Shown: one piece after another, positions 50,431 to 62,880 of the stretch
Layout: each line of letters begins with the position of its first letter
Position numbering within the stretch: the first letter of the stretch is position 1
Assembly (NCBI GenBank): GCA_026914245.1
Contig: CP110439.1
Span: 2,232,001 to 2,296,000 of the forward strand
Reading direction: 5' to 3'
Source: Puccinia triticina
Taxonomy: Eukaryota
Length of the DNA stretch: 64,000 nt
Notes under the pieces: model-generated
The model's input: only the letters and a program-made list of their open reading frames with translations
The model's database searches: none
What the model was told of the DNA's origin: nothing
Translations under genes and position numbers: made by a program

Positions 50431-52717
50431 TGACAGACCAGCAGTAATTATGGAATACTGTCTCATATTTACTATTACAAGGATCAAAGAGAGTCGCCTG
50501 AGTACCGTTGTAAACTAGTCTCCATCCTTCCGCCAGAAACCTTCCCGTCAAGAGTATGATCTCGTCGACTTCTGGACAATGATACACGTCCCTAATTTTC
50601 AGTGGACCCTTTGGAGTTGGGATGGTCACACTGCCGATTTTGGTGACCGTCACATTTGCGTCAGACACGGCCAGGTAAAATGTACAAGGGCTAGTCAGCT
50701 TCCTGTTGACTTTGAAAAGGGGCGAGTCGCCGCTTCCGTGGGCCGACACTCCAGAGTCAATTAGAACACCATCACTGACATCAGGGATGTTCACCTGTCT
50801 GATGCGGGTGCCTTCAGGTCGCGGCAGAGGTCCGTACTTTGAGTCTTTCATGTTGAAGTCGGCATCTGGAGGGCTGATTTTTCCGGTGGCCACATCCCAC
50901 CAAAAGTGAATACAGTCCGGGTACCAGTGGCCATTGTTGCCACAGTAGATGCAGTGAACGCCATGTTTCTGGAGTAGGGGGTTGGATTGCCCCTTGCCCT
51001 TAAACTTGACCCCTTTATCAATGGACAGCTGGGGTTATGTTTGTGGTGGCTGTGGAGTAGTGCGGCGTTGAGGAGCCACATACCTTGGTTGGGATTGGAC
51101 AGCCTGGATTCTGTCAAGATCCATGGCCATTGGGTCAATTTTTGGGCCCAAAGGAAGAGATAAGGTCGCTCCTGTCTTATTGCGCAGTTTTTTCGCAGCA
51201 AATTGGATGATCGTTGCCACATCATCGAAGGGAGGGGCTTCATTTTTGTTCAGTTGCTGACTGATTGTAAACTCAAACGTCATGGGCTCAACTACGGCAG
51301 GGGGTTTGTAGTAGGACTGTAGGAAAATCCAGAGGGCCTTGTTCCAGGTTACTTTGAGTTCACCCAGTTCGGATTTGATTTTTGCCCAGACCAATAGGGT
51401 GGTATCCGTCGCCGGCACCGGGTCATTGATGAGCGTGACCAGTTCATTGAGGAGATCAATTTTCCTTCTGCGGTCGGATCAGGAGCACTTGTTCTTCAAA
51501 AGCTCAAAGATAGCTTTAGGGCTTGTCAGCTTCAAGGCATCAATTATTTCTCCGAGGGCATCAACTATGGTGTTTCATATAAGACTGGCAACCGTGGACG
51601 CTTCGTCAACCTGCAGGGTATTGAAGTTGTCCAGTGTATCCGTGAAAGCCGTTTGGCAGAACAGGACATTTCAAAGCATCCTATTGATGGCCGCTTCCCA
51701 GACCGGGAAGTTAGTACCCTTGTAAACCAATACAGGTTTACAGGGATTGAGCTGATGATGAACTTGCACCGGGTTTTTAACAAAGTTGTCCATGATCATT
51801 TCTTGCCGAGTTTGGGAGCATTGGACAACTGGGGCCGGGGCTTGGTGTGCTAAGGTCTGGTTATTCCAAAGCACGGCGATCTCTTCTCGCAAGTCGTTAA
51901 AGATCTGCCTGGCTTGAGCCTCAAGGGGAAAGGTCGTCCATATTGCCGCTTGATGAAGGGGATGAGGAGATAGTGAAGGAGTTGGTGGGGTTTTGAGAGG
52001 TTGAGGTTTGTGTTTTTGGTTGAGTATGGTTGATTGTTGGTGATCAATTTCTTCTTCAATTCTTTGACAATCTTCTTCAATCTGTCTTTCTTCTTCTCTA
52101 TCCAATTCATCAATTCCCAAAAGGGAGTCGAGGATCAGTCTAGTGTAGCAAGAGCCGGCTTTTAAACTATAAGATGCCAGGGGCAAATGGGCACTGGACA
52201 AAACAGTCCCGTCGCGTCAGCTATTGGCGCTGCTGATCCCGTCTCCAATGTCGGTCTATGATTGCATGAAGATAACAAGGAAAAAGATACTAACCTGGAC
52301 GAAACAGTCCCGTTGCATCAGCTATCGGCACTGCTGATCCCGTCTCCAATCTTGGTGAGGAAAAGAGATCAGAGGCGGGCGCGGGAACATCCAGGCTACA
52401 TAGTGGCTACCCAAAATAACCGGCACGTGAATCCCCCGGAGTATCACCCATTAGGTTTTAGACTAAGTACATGAATTTAGTTTTTGCACTCTTGTCTTCC
52501 GGCCATATTCCAACAGGATGAATGATCATCCCATGACCAGGTTGTGAGAGTTGTTTGCGCTCTCATCTAAATCAGATCATTTTTGTTGTTGGTTCCCCCA
52601 ACAGAAGCCCACTGATGAAAAATAGTCATTACCACAAACGTGTTGAGATATTCACAATTTCTTGCCCACGAAGCGGCCGGGTCAAAGAAAGTAGAATTTG
52701 CAATAAGAATTATTGAT

Positions 52718-53982
52718 CCCCAAAGTGATCCAGAGTTCCATATTCCAGATTTCCCTGCAAAATCTGAAATTCTAGATTTATCCAAAATTTACGGGAAGTC
52801 CTCCCACCAGGAAAAAAAAGTAGTCACTTGATGGCAAGTGACATGACACAGCTTTGTTTTCAGCTCCAACACTGCTCCAATGCTGCTCCTCTCCACCAGC
52901 ACATCTGGGGCTCACATGATAGGTGTCAGGATCAAAGCACTCAATGTGAAAAAACCAGATGATGCTCAGCTTTGGCCCTAGCCCAGCTGATGCTCAGCTT
53001 TTACCCTGGCTCAGCTGATGCTCAGTTTTTCCCCTGGCCCAGCTGATGCTCAGCTTTGGAACTGGACACCTGACAATCATCTTTGGCCCCGGCACAGCTT
53101 ATTCTCAGCCTTGTCCATGGCTCAGCTGATGCTCAGCTTTGGCCCTAGCCTAGCCGATTTTCAGCTCTGGTCCTGTCCAAGCTGATTCCCATCTTTTTCC
53201 CTGGCCTGGCTCAGCTGATACTCAGCAAGCTGAGCATCAGCTGGCCAGCTAGTCCAGGACTGGGCCAAAGCTGAGCATCAGCTGGGACAGGACTAGGAGG
53301 AGGCTGAGCAAGGACTGGTACAAAGCTGAGAATCAGCTGCGCCAGGACTAGTACAAAGCTGAGCATCACCTGGGCAAGGAATGGTCAAACAGCTTTATTC
53401 CAATTCTGAGAGTGAGCTGTGTGAAAAAGCTGAGTATGAGCTGGGCAGAAAAGCTGAGTATGAGCTGGGTGCCAAAGCTGAGTATCAGCTGGACAGAACG
53501 GAGGATCAGTTGGGCTCATCAAAAACTGAACAGGACCTCCTTGGTAAATTTTGGAAGTTGAGGAGATGGTTGGGAGATTGGGGTAGATAGTGGATAGATA
53601 TTGGATAGATGGTGGGTAGCTGGCTGGAGCTGGTGTAATGTCACTTGTCATCAACTGACTATTTTATTTTCCTGGTGTCCATTGGAGGACTTCCCGTCAA
53701 TCTGGGAACCCCTTCCAGACCCAGATCTGAGCCAAATTTCGCAGGGAAATTTAGGCTTTGAGACTCTGGGAGGCTCTCAGATTGCTCCCAGATTGCGACG
53801 GGAAGTCCTCCATTGAGTACTTCCTGTTGATCTGGAAATCCAGATCTGAGCCGACAGATTTCAGATTTTGCAGTGAAATCTTGGTCCCCAAAGCTCCCCA
53901 AAGGGATCCAGAGTTCCAGATTCCAGATTCCCCTGCAAAATCTGGAATTCCAGATTTATTCAAAGTGGACGGGAAGTCCTAC
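52718..53982. repeat. Foldback repeat with internal ~30-bp tandem units plus a direct repeat
   Basis: Inverted arms ~52791-53697 (GGGAAGTCCTCC...GGAGGACTTCCC); GCTGATGCTCAGCTTT units flip orientation near 53228; 52719-52803 is repeated at ~53898-53980. Confidence 0.75.
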
Positions 53983-54653
53983 ATGTGAGCGAGTACAAGA
54001 TGCGGGTATGTGAACTTCAATTAGGTCAAGAAGATCAAACCTGATCAAACTCACAAGAGACTTTGGGCTGGGGGAGGGGAGTGGGTCTGCGTCAGGAGGA
54101 CGTTATGCACCGTAGCGGTGTGATTTCTTTTGTCACATCAACAGTGGGCCGCTCACGGAATTCCTTCAGCATCTCACTACAAACATTTATTATTTTGCCC
54201 AAAAAAAATGGAAGTCAACATGAAAAAAATAAAATCAAAATTTCACTCAGGGGAATAAACTGAGCATGCTGAGCCAAAAAAATAAAATGTCCCAAACTGA
54301 GTAAAAATTGTTGGAAAATGTTTTGGGATGGTTTTTTTTTTCATGGGCCTGGTGGGCCTGGAGCGGGCTTGAGCGGGCTTGAGCGGGCCTGAGACGGGCC
54401 TGCCCCAAAAGCACATTGGGTCAGTATTAAAGGAGTTTTGCCTTGCCCTGGGAGCTTCTGGGGCTTTTGATGGGCCCAAAATCTCAACATGGGATTTTGG
54501 TGGTCTAGAAGTATCTACCCGGGCCACTGAATAGCCCATGGGCCTTTGAATTCTCAGAAAGCCCACCATGAGCCCCCACATAGCTATGTACCTCCCTCAT
54601 TCACCCCGGGCAAACCCAGGTCATGTGAGCCAAACATGTTGCGCAGTCCTGGA

Positions 54654-57600
54654 TGTGAGCCTGAGGTATTAGGGTTTTTCGGGGAACCGGGGATAACGGA
54701 AAACTACAGACGAGCTACCAGAATTTCCGGACCTGTTTTCAAGGTCTAGTATCCTTTTACAGTGTAACTTTGAAGATGTTTTAGTAATAGGCTTTGCGCG
54801 GGAGCAAAGTGGTTTGATTTGTAAATGAGATTGATTTCAAGTTTTGAAGAAGGCAATGATACAAAGATTTTTGCCACGAGGAAAGGAGCTTCCTGGTGGC
54901 TACAAGGACTTATTTATAATCTAACAACCAGTGAGGAAATTTCCAGAAATGACTACGAAGCAAGGATGATCATGAAAAACAGAAAGGAAAAGAAAAGTAA
55001 GGAAAATTCCGCGAACAAGAGCGGCATGTTTCTTGAATGTTCATTATCGAGAATGTCTTCAATGATCCTGGGAAACTTAAACAGAATAAACTTCAGTCAT
55101 CTGTTTGTTACAAAACATGCCTGACCTATTAAGTCTTCTTTTTCTTGGGGTCCTGGGATTGACGCCATTGTGAGAGGTAATGCTGCAAAAAATGCTGGTA
55201 ATAGGATGGTATATGGTCTTCAAAGACCCAAGTGTCTTCTCCCGGTGTAGCATTGCGCCAACGTAATAAGAAATCAAACTTACCTTTTCGTGACTTACCT
55301 TTCACTTGACGAGCATCCAAAATCTGGTATAATTTTGTCCAATCCACTACGCGCCCAGAATCATAATATGTATTTTTGACTCCTTCTAAAACTCCACGAC
55401 CAGCGACCTGACTTGGAGGGTGATATTTTGCCAGAAGAGATACATTAAAGACCGGCTGCAACTTGGGGTACTCACGTGCAATGTCCAATCTGACCGCGTT
55501 CTCGCCCACCATCTCAATGACTTTGAAGGGTCCAATATATCGGTAATCCAGCTTTGCATTGATCCGTCGGGTTTGAATAAACTTCCAAAGAAGTAAGACC
55601 AGATCGCCAGGTTGATATTGAGTAGAAGGTTTCTTGTGTGCATCATGATAAAGAGCTTGTCGACGTTTAGCTTGTGTTAGACATTCAATAGCCTTTTCCT
55701 GTATTTCTTGCAAGTCAAAAATAAAATCGTCTAGTGAACGGATTCCTGAATTTTCTGTTAAGGTACTAAACTTGGGATGAAATCCATTAGCAAAGAAAAA
55801 TGGGGAGGTACCCAAAGACGCAGAATCTAAATTATTAATAGAGAACTCAGCAATGTCCAATATCTTGACCCAATTATCCTGGTAATACGAGCAGAAGTGG
55901 CGCAAATAATCTTCTAACACTTGATTCATGCGCTCCGTCTGCCCATCTGTTTGAGGGTGATAGGCGGTAGAAAATCCCGGGGCAATGCGTAAGGAGCGCA
56001 TGAGAGAATGCCAAAATTCACTTACAAAAATAGAACCTCTATCCGAAATTATCTTCTCCGGGATACCGTGAAGCCTAAAAATATTAGACCTGAATAATTG
56101 TGCTAATTGTTCAGCAGTATAAGTTTCTTTACATGGAACAAAGTGAGTGACCTTACTAAGCAAATCTATGACCACCATGATGGAGTCGAAGCCTCCCGAA
56201 ATTGGTAGTTTAGTGATAAAATCCATCCCAATCACGCTCCAGGGACGGTGTGGAACTGGGAGGGGATTCAATGTTCCTTCTGGATTATGTTGACGAGCCT
56301 TAACACGCTGACAAGAGTCACAAGACTTTACATAGTTAATGACTTCCTTCCTGATTCCTGGCCAAGAAAAAGAGCGCGTGATCAAGGATAGTGTTCTTGC
56401 GATGCCCGGATGCCCCACGGTTGGTGCATCATGGAAAAGTTGGATTAAGCGGGTGCGCAAAGGAGCCGGGACAAATATTCTGTCTTGGAACCAGAGTATA
56501 TTATCACGCTCTATCAATTCCTCTCTCTCTTCTTGTCTTACCTTGTCATAGTGTTTCGCAAAATAATCCAATACTTCCGTTTTGGGACGTTGGAAATGAA
56601 GATCATACAGGTTAAAGGACGAGCTAGGAGTAATTCCTTCAACATCATTAACTGAAACCACACGCCGCGCAATTGCCTGTGAGGGAATCAAAGGACCCTC
56701 CCCTACATAATCCGGGCGTCGGCTAGGAGCATCCGCTGGGTTCGCCTTACCTGAGATGTGATAAATAGCCATATTGAAGCCATCTAAAATAGAAGCCCAC
56801 CGGGCCTGCTTAGGGGTCAAGTTTTTTGCAGTGATAAAATGGCGAAGGTTGGCATGATCTGAGTAAACACGGACCGGCTCCCTTGTACCCATAAGCCAGG
56901 CTCGCCATTGTTCAAAAGCAGAAATGATGGCGAGCAGTTCAAGATCAAATATAGACCAACCACGTTCTCTATTGGTCAGCTTCCTAGAATAGAAACTTAC
57001 TGGGTGTAACTTACCTGATTGGTCCGGTTGACTTAAAACAGCAGCTATGGCGTATCCAGAGCTATTGACATGAACCACCCTGGCAAGTTGAAAGTCAAAA
57101 TGACGAAGGAGAGGGGCTGAGGAAAAACACTTCTTGAGCGCTAGGAAAGCCGACCAGGGTCCTACTTGACAAATATTTTCAGAAGTGAACTGTCCCTCTT
57201 TTGTCAATTCCGTTAACGGCTGTGCCAAACCTGAAAACTTTGGAATGAATCTGCGGTAAAAATTGCAAAACCCCAGGAATCGACGGAGTTGTCGTAGGCT
57301 ATCTGGAAGTGGCCAATCAAGAATGGTGGAAACCTTTCCTTCATCCACCCGCAAGCCCTCACTGGAAATCACAAAACCTAAAAATTTGACCGACGATTGA
57401 AAAAACTGACACTTGTGGAAAGAGGCTTTCAGAGAGTATTGTCGTAGTTTACCTAATATGTTTTGTAAATCTATAGAATGTTGCTCACGGGTCTTGGAAA
57501 ACACTAGAATGTCATCAATATAAACAAAGCAACATACATCTAAGTACTCACGTAAACAGTGTTGGATGAATCTTTGGAAAATAGCCGGCGCATTAGCAAG

Positions 57601-60580
57601 GCCGAACAACATAACACAATATTCAAATAATCCCCATGGTGTTTGAAAAGCTGTTTTCCACTCATGACCCGGGGCCACCCGCAAAAGGTTGAAGGCTGCT
57701 TTAAGATCAATCTTTGAGAGGAATTCACAGCCTGCCAGGCTATTAAGCAGGTTAGCAATTACAGGTAATGGGTAAGAATCTTGTACCGTAATTGAATTTA
57801 ATTGTCGGTAATCTACACAAGGGCGGTCCTCTTTACCAGGGGTCTTGACAAAGAAAATTGGTGCACCAGCTGGAGAAGAGGATTCCCGGATGAATCCTTT
57901 GGCAAGAAGATCATCGACGTACCGTTTAAGCTGTTTATTTTCCTGTTCACTCAAATGATACATACCAACAAATGGAGGTTTGGAATCTGGTTTAAGATTA
58001 ATCTCACAATCGTACCCCTCTCGATGGGGCGGTAAGCAACTCAAAGCATAAGTCACAAAAACATCACTATATTGCTTGAGTTCAGAGGGTAGATCATGAA
58101 TGGAGGATATTTCGGACAACTTCAAAGATTGAGGAACAAGGAGACTTCTGGGGGATCCCCCTACAAAAAGGTGATGTTTAGCAAGCCACGGGAAGCCTAG
58201 TATGATATCGGCTGAGGCTAATTCAGTAACAAATAATAAAACTTGGAATTGAGAGGGGCTTTGGGGAAATGAGAAATCAAGACACCCGTGCCAGCAAAAA
58301 TATATAGTGCCGGACTTGGCCAAGGTTCCATCAAATCCTCGGCATTGAATTGGTTGCGTAAGTTTGGTCAGGCGAAATTGGTTCCTACGGGCAAATTTAA
58401 ATTCAACAAAAGAAGCAGAGGGGCCGGTATCGAATAATACGGAAGCCTCTATGGGTTTAAGACCCGAGTGGATAATGGAAGCCTTTAAGATGGGTCGGGA
58501 GGAGGGGAAGGGGACAGTAAAGAAAGGATTTAAAGACTCACAAATAGCATCAGCATCCAATTCCATTTCATCAATAGCTTGTTCGAGGCAATAATCCGCC
58601 AGACTGAGAGGAGGGATGTGATCCAATGTGACCCTGCTAGTAGAAGCAACAGAGGAGTCGGAAGTCAATCGAGAGGATTCTACGGCCGGGGCGGAAGAAA
58701 CTCGACGAGTTTCAGAGGAGGGAATGGTCAAGGAAGGGGCTAGAGCCGGAGTAGTTCGATTGGTTTCGATTTGAGATACCGAATGTTTTTGAGAGGAAGA
58801 CCATCGTTGAAAGAGGTCAATATTTTGTTTGATATCCATGTGTTCGCTGCTGGGAAGGGTGCAGCCGCGGAGCTTCTTGTGGGCTTCATCGAATTGTTGA
58901 CCGCAACATTGACAGACACCTCGTTGGACGCAGAGGCTCCGAAACTTGGGAAAAGTGAAAGTGTCGTCTGAAGAGACCGTGTCAAGATCCATAGGCACAA
59001 TGCCATCGGGTACACGAGCTGGAGGTGGTGGTGGGGGCGGAGGGTTTGGGCGAAATTGAGGGGGACGACGATGGATGGAAGGAAGTGAGCCAGAATCAAT
59101 GGAGGAGATCTTGTCTTGAGCTTCGGCCGCCGAGACGGCCAAGATTTGTTTTGCTTTGAGAGTTGTTGCGCTCTTCCAATCGTTATGCATGACCGCGATC
59201 TTCAAAACCTTTGGATTCAAGGCTTGTTCGTAGATGTCGCAGCGGGATTCTTCCGTCAAATTGACAGCGTAAGCCAGAGAGCGGAAGAGAGCGTTGAATT
59301 CCTCGATCGTTCGATTGCCTTGTTTGAAAGCAAAGAGACGTTTCTTCGCTTCCTCTCCGTCATGTTTGTTGTTGAATACCTCTTCGAGATGGGACAAAAA
59401 GGATTTGGCCGATGATAGAATGTCAAGGACATAGGGATCTTCGACCAACGCCGAATCTGTTGGAAGGTTTTGAGTACGAGCGTTTTTGAATAAGATCGCC
59501 ATCCACCAATTGTAAGCTGGAACATTTTTGCCAAGGTTGCCATTGGGGTGTCGAAAATGGCGGACGATCCAATTGATTTTTGATTTTTCGGAGGGGAAAC
59601 AGTGGCCTTTTTCTTGCAACTTTTCACGGATGAAGTAGACAAACCGCTTTGTCTCCTTAGTGTTGCCTGTGAACTGAGCATATTGGAGTTCGGGAACTTC
59701 TCCAGTTGGGCCGCGAGCCATTTCGATTAATTGAGCGGAGTTTTGTTGAATCGCGATTCTGTTGTTCTTGATAGAATGGAGGATGCCATTGATGGAGTGT
59801 TGGATTTGATTGACCTCGTTGTTGAAGTTGAGTTTAAGCTGAACAAAATCCGAATAAAGAGTCTTCATACTATTGATATCCTTGATGTCTTCAGCCAAAC
59901 TGTTGAAAGAATTCTTGATGCTCTTCAACTGATCAAAAAGTGTGTCGAGGCCGATGCGATGGTTGGAGTTGTTAATTTTGAGGTAAGAGAGTTGTTCTGA
60001 GAGATGCGCTACCTTAATTTCAAATGGAGTTCAAGTGTCGATGGGACCAATAAAAGGAGAATCGGTAAGATGGCCGGTGGAAGACATGATGATACCAGCT
60101 AAAAAAATTTTGGTGGCAAAATGATTGTGAGCCTGAGGTATTAGGGTTTTTTGGGGAACCGGGGATAACGGAAAACTACAGACAAGCTACCAGAATTTCC
60201 GGACCTGTTTTCAAGGTCTAGTATCCTTTTACAGTGTAACTTTGAAGATGTTTTAGTAATAGGCTTTGCGCGGGAGCAAGGTGGTTTGATTTGTAAATGA
60301 GATTGATTTCAAGTTTTGAAGAAGGCAATGATACAAAGATTTTGCCATGAGGAAAGGAGCTTCCTGGTGGCTACAAGGACTTATTTATAATCTAACAACC
60401 AGCGAGGAAATTTCCAGAAATGACTACGAAGCAAGGATGATCATGAAAAGAAAGGAAAAGAAAAGTAAGGAAAATTCCGCAAACAAGAGCGGCATGTTTC
60501 TCAAATGTTCATTATCAAGAATGTCTTCAATGATCCTGGGAAACTTAAACAGAATAAAATTCAGTCATCTGTTTGTTACA
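54654..60580 (-). mobile_element. Full-length Ty3/Gypsy chromovirus LTR retrotransposon
   Basis: LTRs at 54654-55112 and 60126-60580, TG...CA, CTGGA TSD at 54649-54653 and 60581-60585. Confidence 0.97.
55129..60087 (-). pseudogene. Single-ORF gag-pol (Gag, PR, RT, RH, IN, chromodomain) with a nonsense codon at position 19
   Basis: LFDTG protease, YIDDILVF RT, HPGIART...CDSC and GMDFI integrase, GPF, FLLRWRN...EDTW chromodomain; in-frame ATG at 60087, TGA at 60031-60033; RNase H VHVN instead of VHVD. Confidence 0.92.
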
Positions 60581-62719
60581 CTGGAGGACCTGTCACACTT
60601 ACAGGACAGCTTCCGCGGTACACAGCCTGCAGCTGTCATACAGTCATACATACATATTTACTTACATAAATAAATGATATGCAGGAATTAAACCAAACAA
60701 CTGCAAGCCGCGGTGATGTCAACACTGCCATAGACCACTATTCAAATTGGACACAACCACATAACTACTATTACGCAACAACATCATCACAAGTCATCAC
60801 AGGCCATCACCTGACATCACACGCGCCAAACACACTATATAGCTTAACAGAAGTCCCCTCCGAGGAGAGTGTGGGGAAAGTGTGACTGTGTATGTAGCAA
60901 ACTTAACACAAGTCCCTCCTTGTGCTCGCGGGGCGCGAGCACCCTCCCGCTTGCGGGAGGGACTTGTGCCTAATGTCCCAAATTTGGCTTGAGGCTGCCC
61001 AGCCATTTGTCCAAAATTCCCTTCAAACCCACCTATCACCATATACCCTTCTGATTTCTTCACAGCCTCGAGTACCATTAGAATCAGCTTTCATTTCTAC
61101 ATAATATCATGTATTCAGCACAATACCTACCCCCATCCCCTCAAAGAGAAATTGATGTAAAAAACCCCACTTTAGAGCCTATCCGGCCTGGTGTAGACCG
61201 AATAGCGCGTCCGGCCTAAACACATGAAAATAAGGTTGGACATCTCTACCGCAAGCTGCCTGCATGGGATGGCACTCTTTGAGAGACCAGTCATTTTTAA
61301 GTTAATACCAAACAAACCCGTGAGAGCATGTCCAACGGCGACCTTTGGATGATCCAATGGCTTGTTCACATTGCTCAAGAAGAGCCCTTGCAAGAATGGC
61401 TGCTGAGCGGTCAGTGATGAATGGATTTACTTGAAAAAACTTGTACAAGATAGCTAAGATCAAGGCCTACAAACTGGCACATGAGGCATGGAAATTGAAG
61501 CCGAAAGAGGGGAGTAAAAAGAGATGTAATTTCAAAAAACATGATTTTCTCTGTAAAACCCCGTCAGCCTCAGGCCAAGCATGGGACTTTAGTCATAAGC
61601 CTCTCCTTCGGAGACGCTTCGCGCCTCCTCGGAGAGGCTTAGTTAAGCTTGGTATGTAGTTGTTAGCTGGCAAGATGGGAGTGGCAGAGGCAGTTCACCA
61701 GGAAAGTGGTTAGGCCGTACTCGTTGTGGTGAAAGAGACCGGGCCCAAATGATGGTCAGGCGGCGCACCTCTTCCAACTAAACAAAAACAACCAACAGTC
61801 GGTTCAAGCTAGGTTGGCCCACACTTGATTGATCCTAGTAGTGAGAGGAGAATAGGATGCAAGAAAGTTAGTTGTCAGTTTTGAGTGGTGAAAGGGGCTG
61901 TGTATGAATGCAGCTCATGCCAACAGCAACCCTTCCACCAGTAAGTATCAAGTTCCAACAATTTCTTCAAGATCAAGTTGACTTACAGTTGATCAATCCT
62001 GGTGGTGAGAGCTCAGTGGAGTGGAGGAGATAGTTATTGTCCACGTTGATCGTTTGAGGAGCTGAAGGCCAGCAAAAAAGATAAAATGCAGATTCCGGCT
62101 GAGTGTGTGGTGTGCCTGCGGTGACTATGTACATATGTGTAATGTGTATGCATAGGTCTGTCATGTAAATACATACATAGTACGTGCTCCTTTTGCTGGG
62201 AAAGTGTTGGCTGTTGGTGGGTTTTTGGGGTTATGTGTGTACAGTGTGATATTTGCTGTATGGGCGTGTGTGATGTCTGGTTATGGGAGGTTTTGTCAGC
62301 CCTTTTGACTGGTTTTGGTCACCTCTGACACATGATGATGTACCTGGCAAATTCAGCTGTTGCACGGTTGTACCACACAAAAACCTGTCATGCATCTGTG
62401 ACATGACCCAGGCCGCTGTTTTTTTTTGGTGGCGTGCAGGATCAAGCAACCTGTTTGGCTTTCATGACCCGCGCTTGCCCGGGGTGATTCCATGATTTTT
62501 TTTTTTTTTTGCTCCAGATCAGTTCAACATGCACGCGCTGACCCTTGTATTTTTTTTTCTTTATGTACTGATACAAGTCAGTCCTGAAAAATTAAACGAG
62601 ACAACTAAACCTGAAGACTATTACCGAGTCTATAACCCACATTTGCAGAAATTAATCATAAAATGAGAGCACAGACTCTCCATTTAATACATAGCTTTGT
62701 TTGACACGCAGCTAGCTTG

Positions 62720-62880
62720 AGGATGACCGGGATCGGGTCATTGAGGGAACTAAACCCTCTCAATGACCAGTATGTTCCGGTCATTGAGAGGATAAAGCCC
62801 TCTTGATGAACAGCACAGTACCGGTCATTGAGACTAGAGGGTTGAGTCCTCCCAATGACCAGTCGATACTGGTCACACTA
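62720..62880. repeat. Degenerate copy of the ATGACCGG-N-CCGGTCAT hairpin array seen at 8.8-9.5 kb
   Basis: About four units such as CCTCTCAATGACCAG...CCGGTCATTGAGAGG. Confidence 0.7.

Larger units (their letters stand above)
43790..52113 (-). pseudogene. Copia gag-pol, fragmented
   Basis: Zinc knuckle CIYCGNNGHWYPDC, protease LIDSGVSAH, GAG-pre-integrase LWHV*LGH, rve PYSPSQNGEAER, RT RYVAKGF...YAPTA and WLHVDDG, RNase H STCSAEYLAL. Confidence 0.92.
43429..52515 (-). mobile_element. Full-length but inactivated Ty1/Copia LTR retrotransposon with five nested insertions
   Basis: ~346-bp LTRs at 43429-43773 and 52168-52515; GGATG TSD; G12 polypurine tract at 43774-43785; gag-PR-IN-RT-RH order on the minus strand. 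Confidence 0.95.

Noticed and set aside
54669..54677. Telomeric TTAGGG
   Set aside because: Single occurrences within LTRs; no tandem array.
54825..55124. Duplicated ~100-aa ORFs at 54825 and 60347, and similar pairs at 43523 and 52262
   Set aside because: They are readings of LTR sequence, duplicated because LTRs are duplicated.
54624..61063. Older LTR (TGTGAG...TCACA) interrupted by the Gypsy element
   Set aside because: Flanks GGTCA and GCCTC do not form a TSD; boundaries are unsupported.
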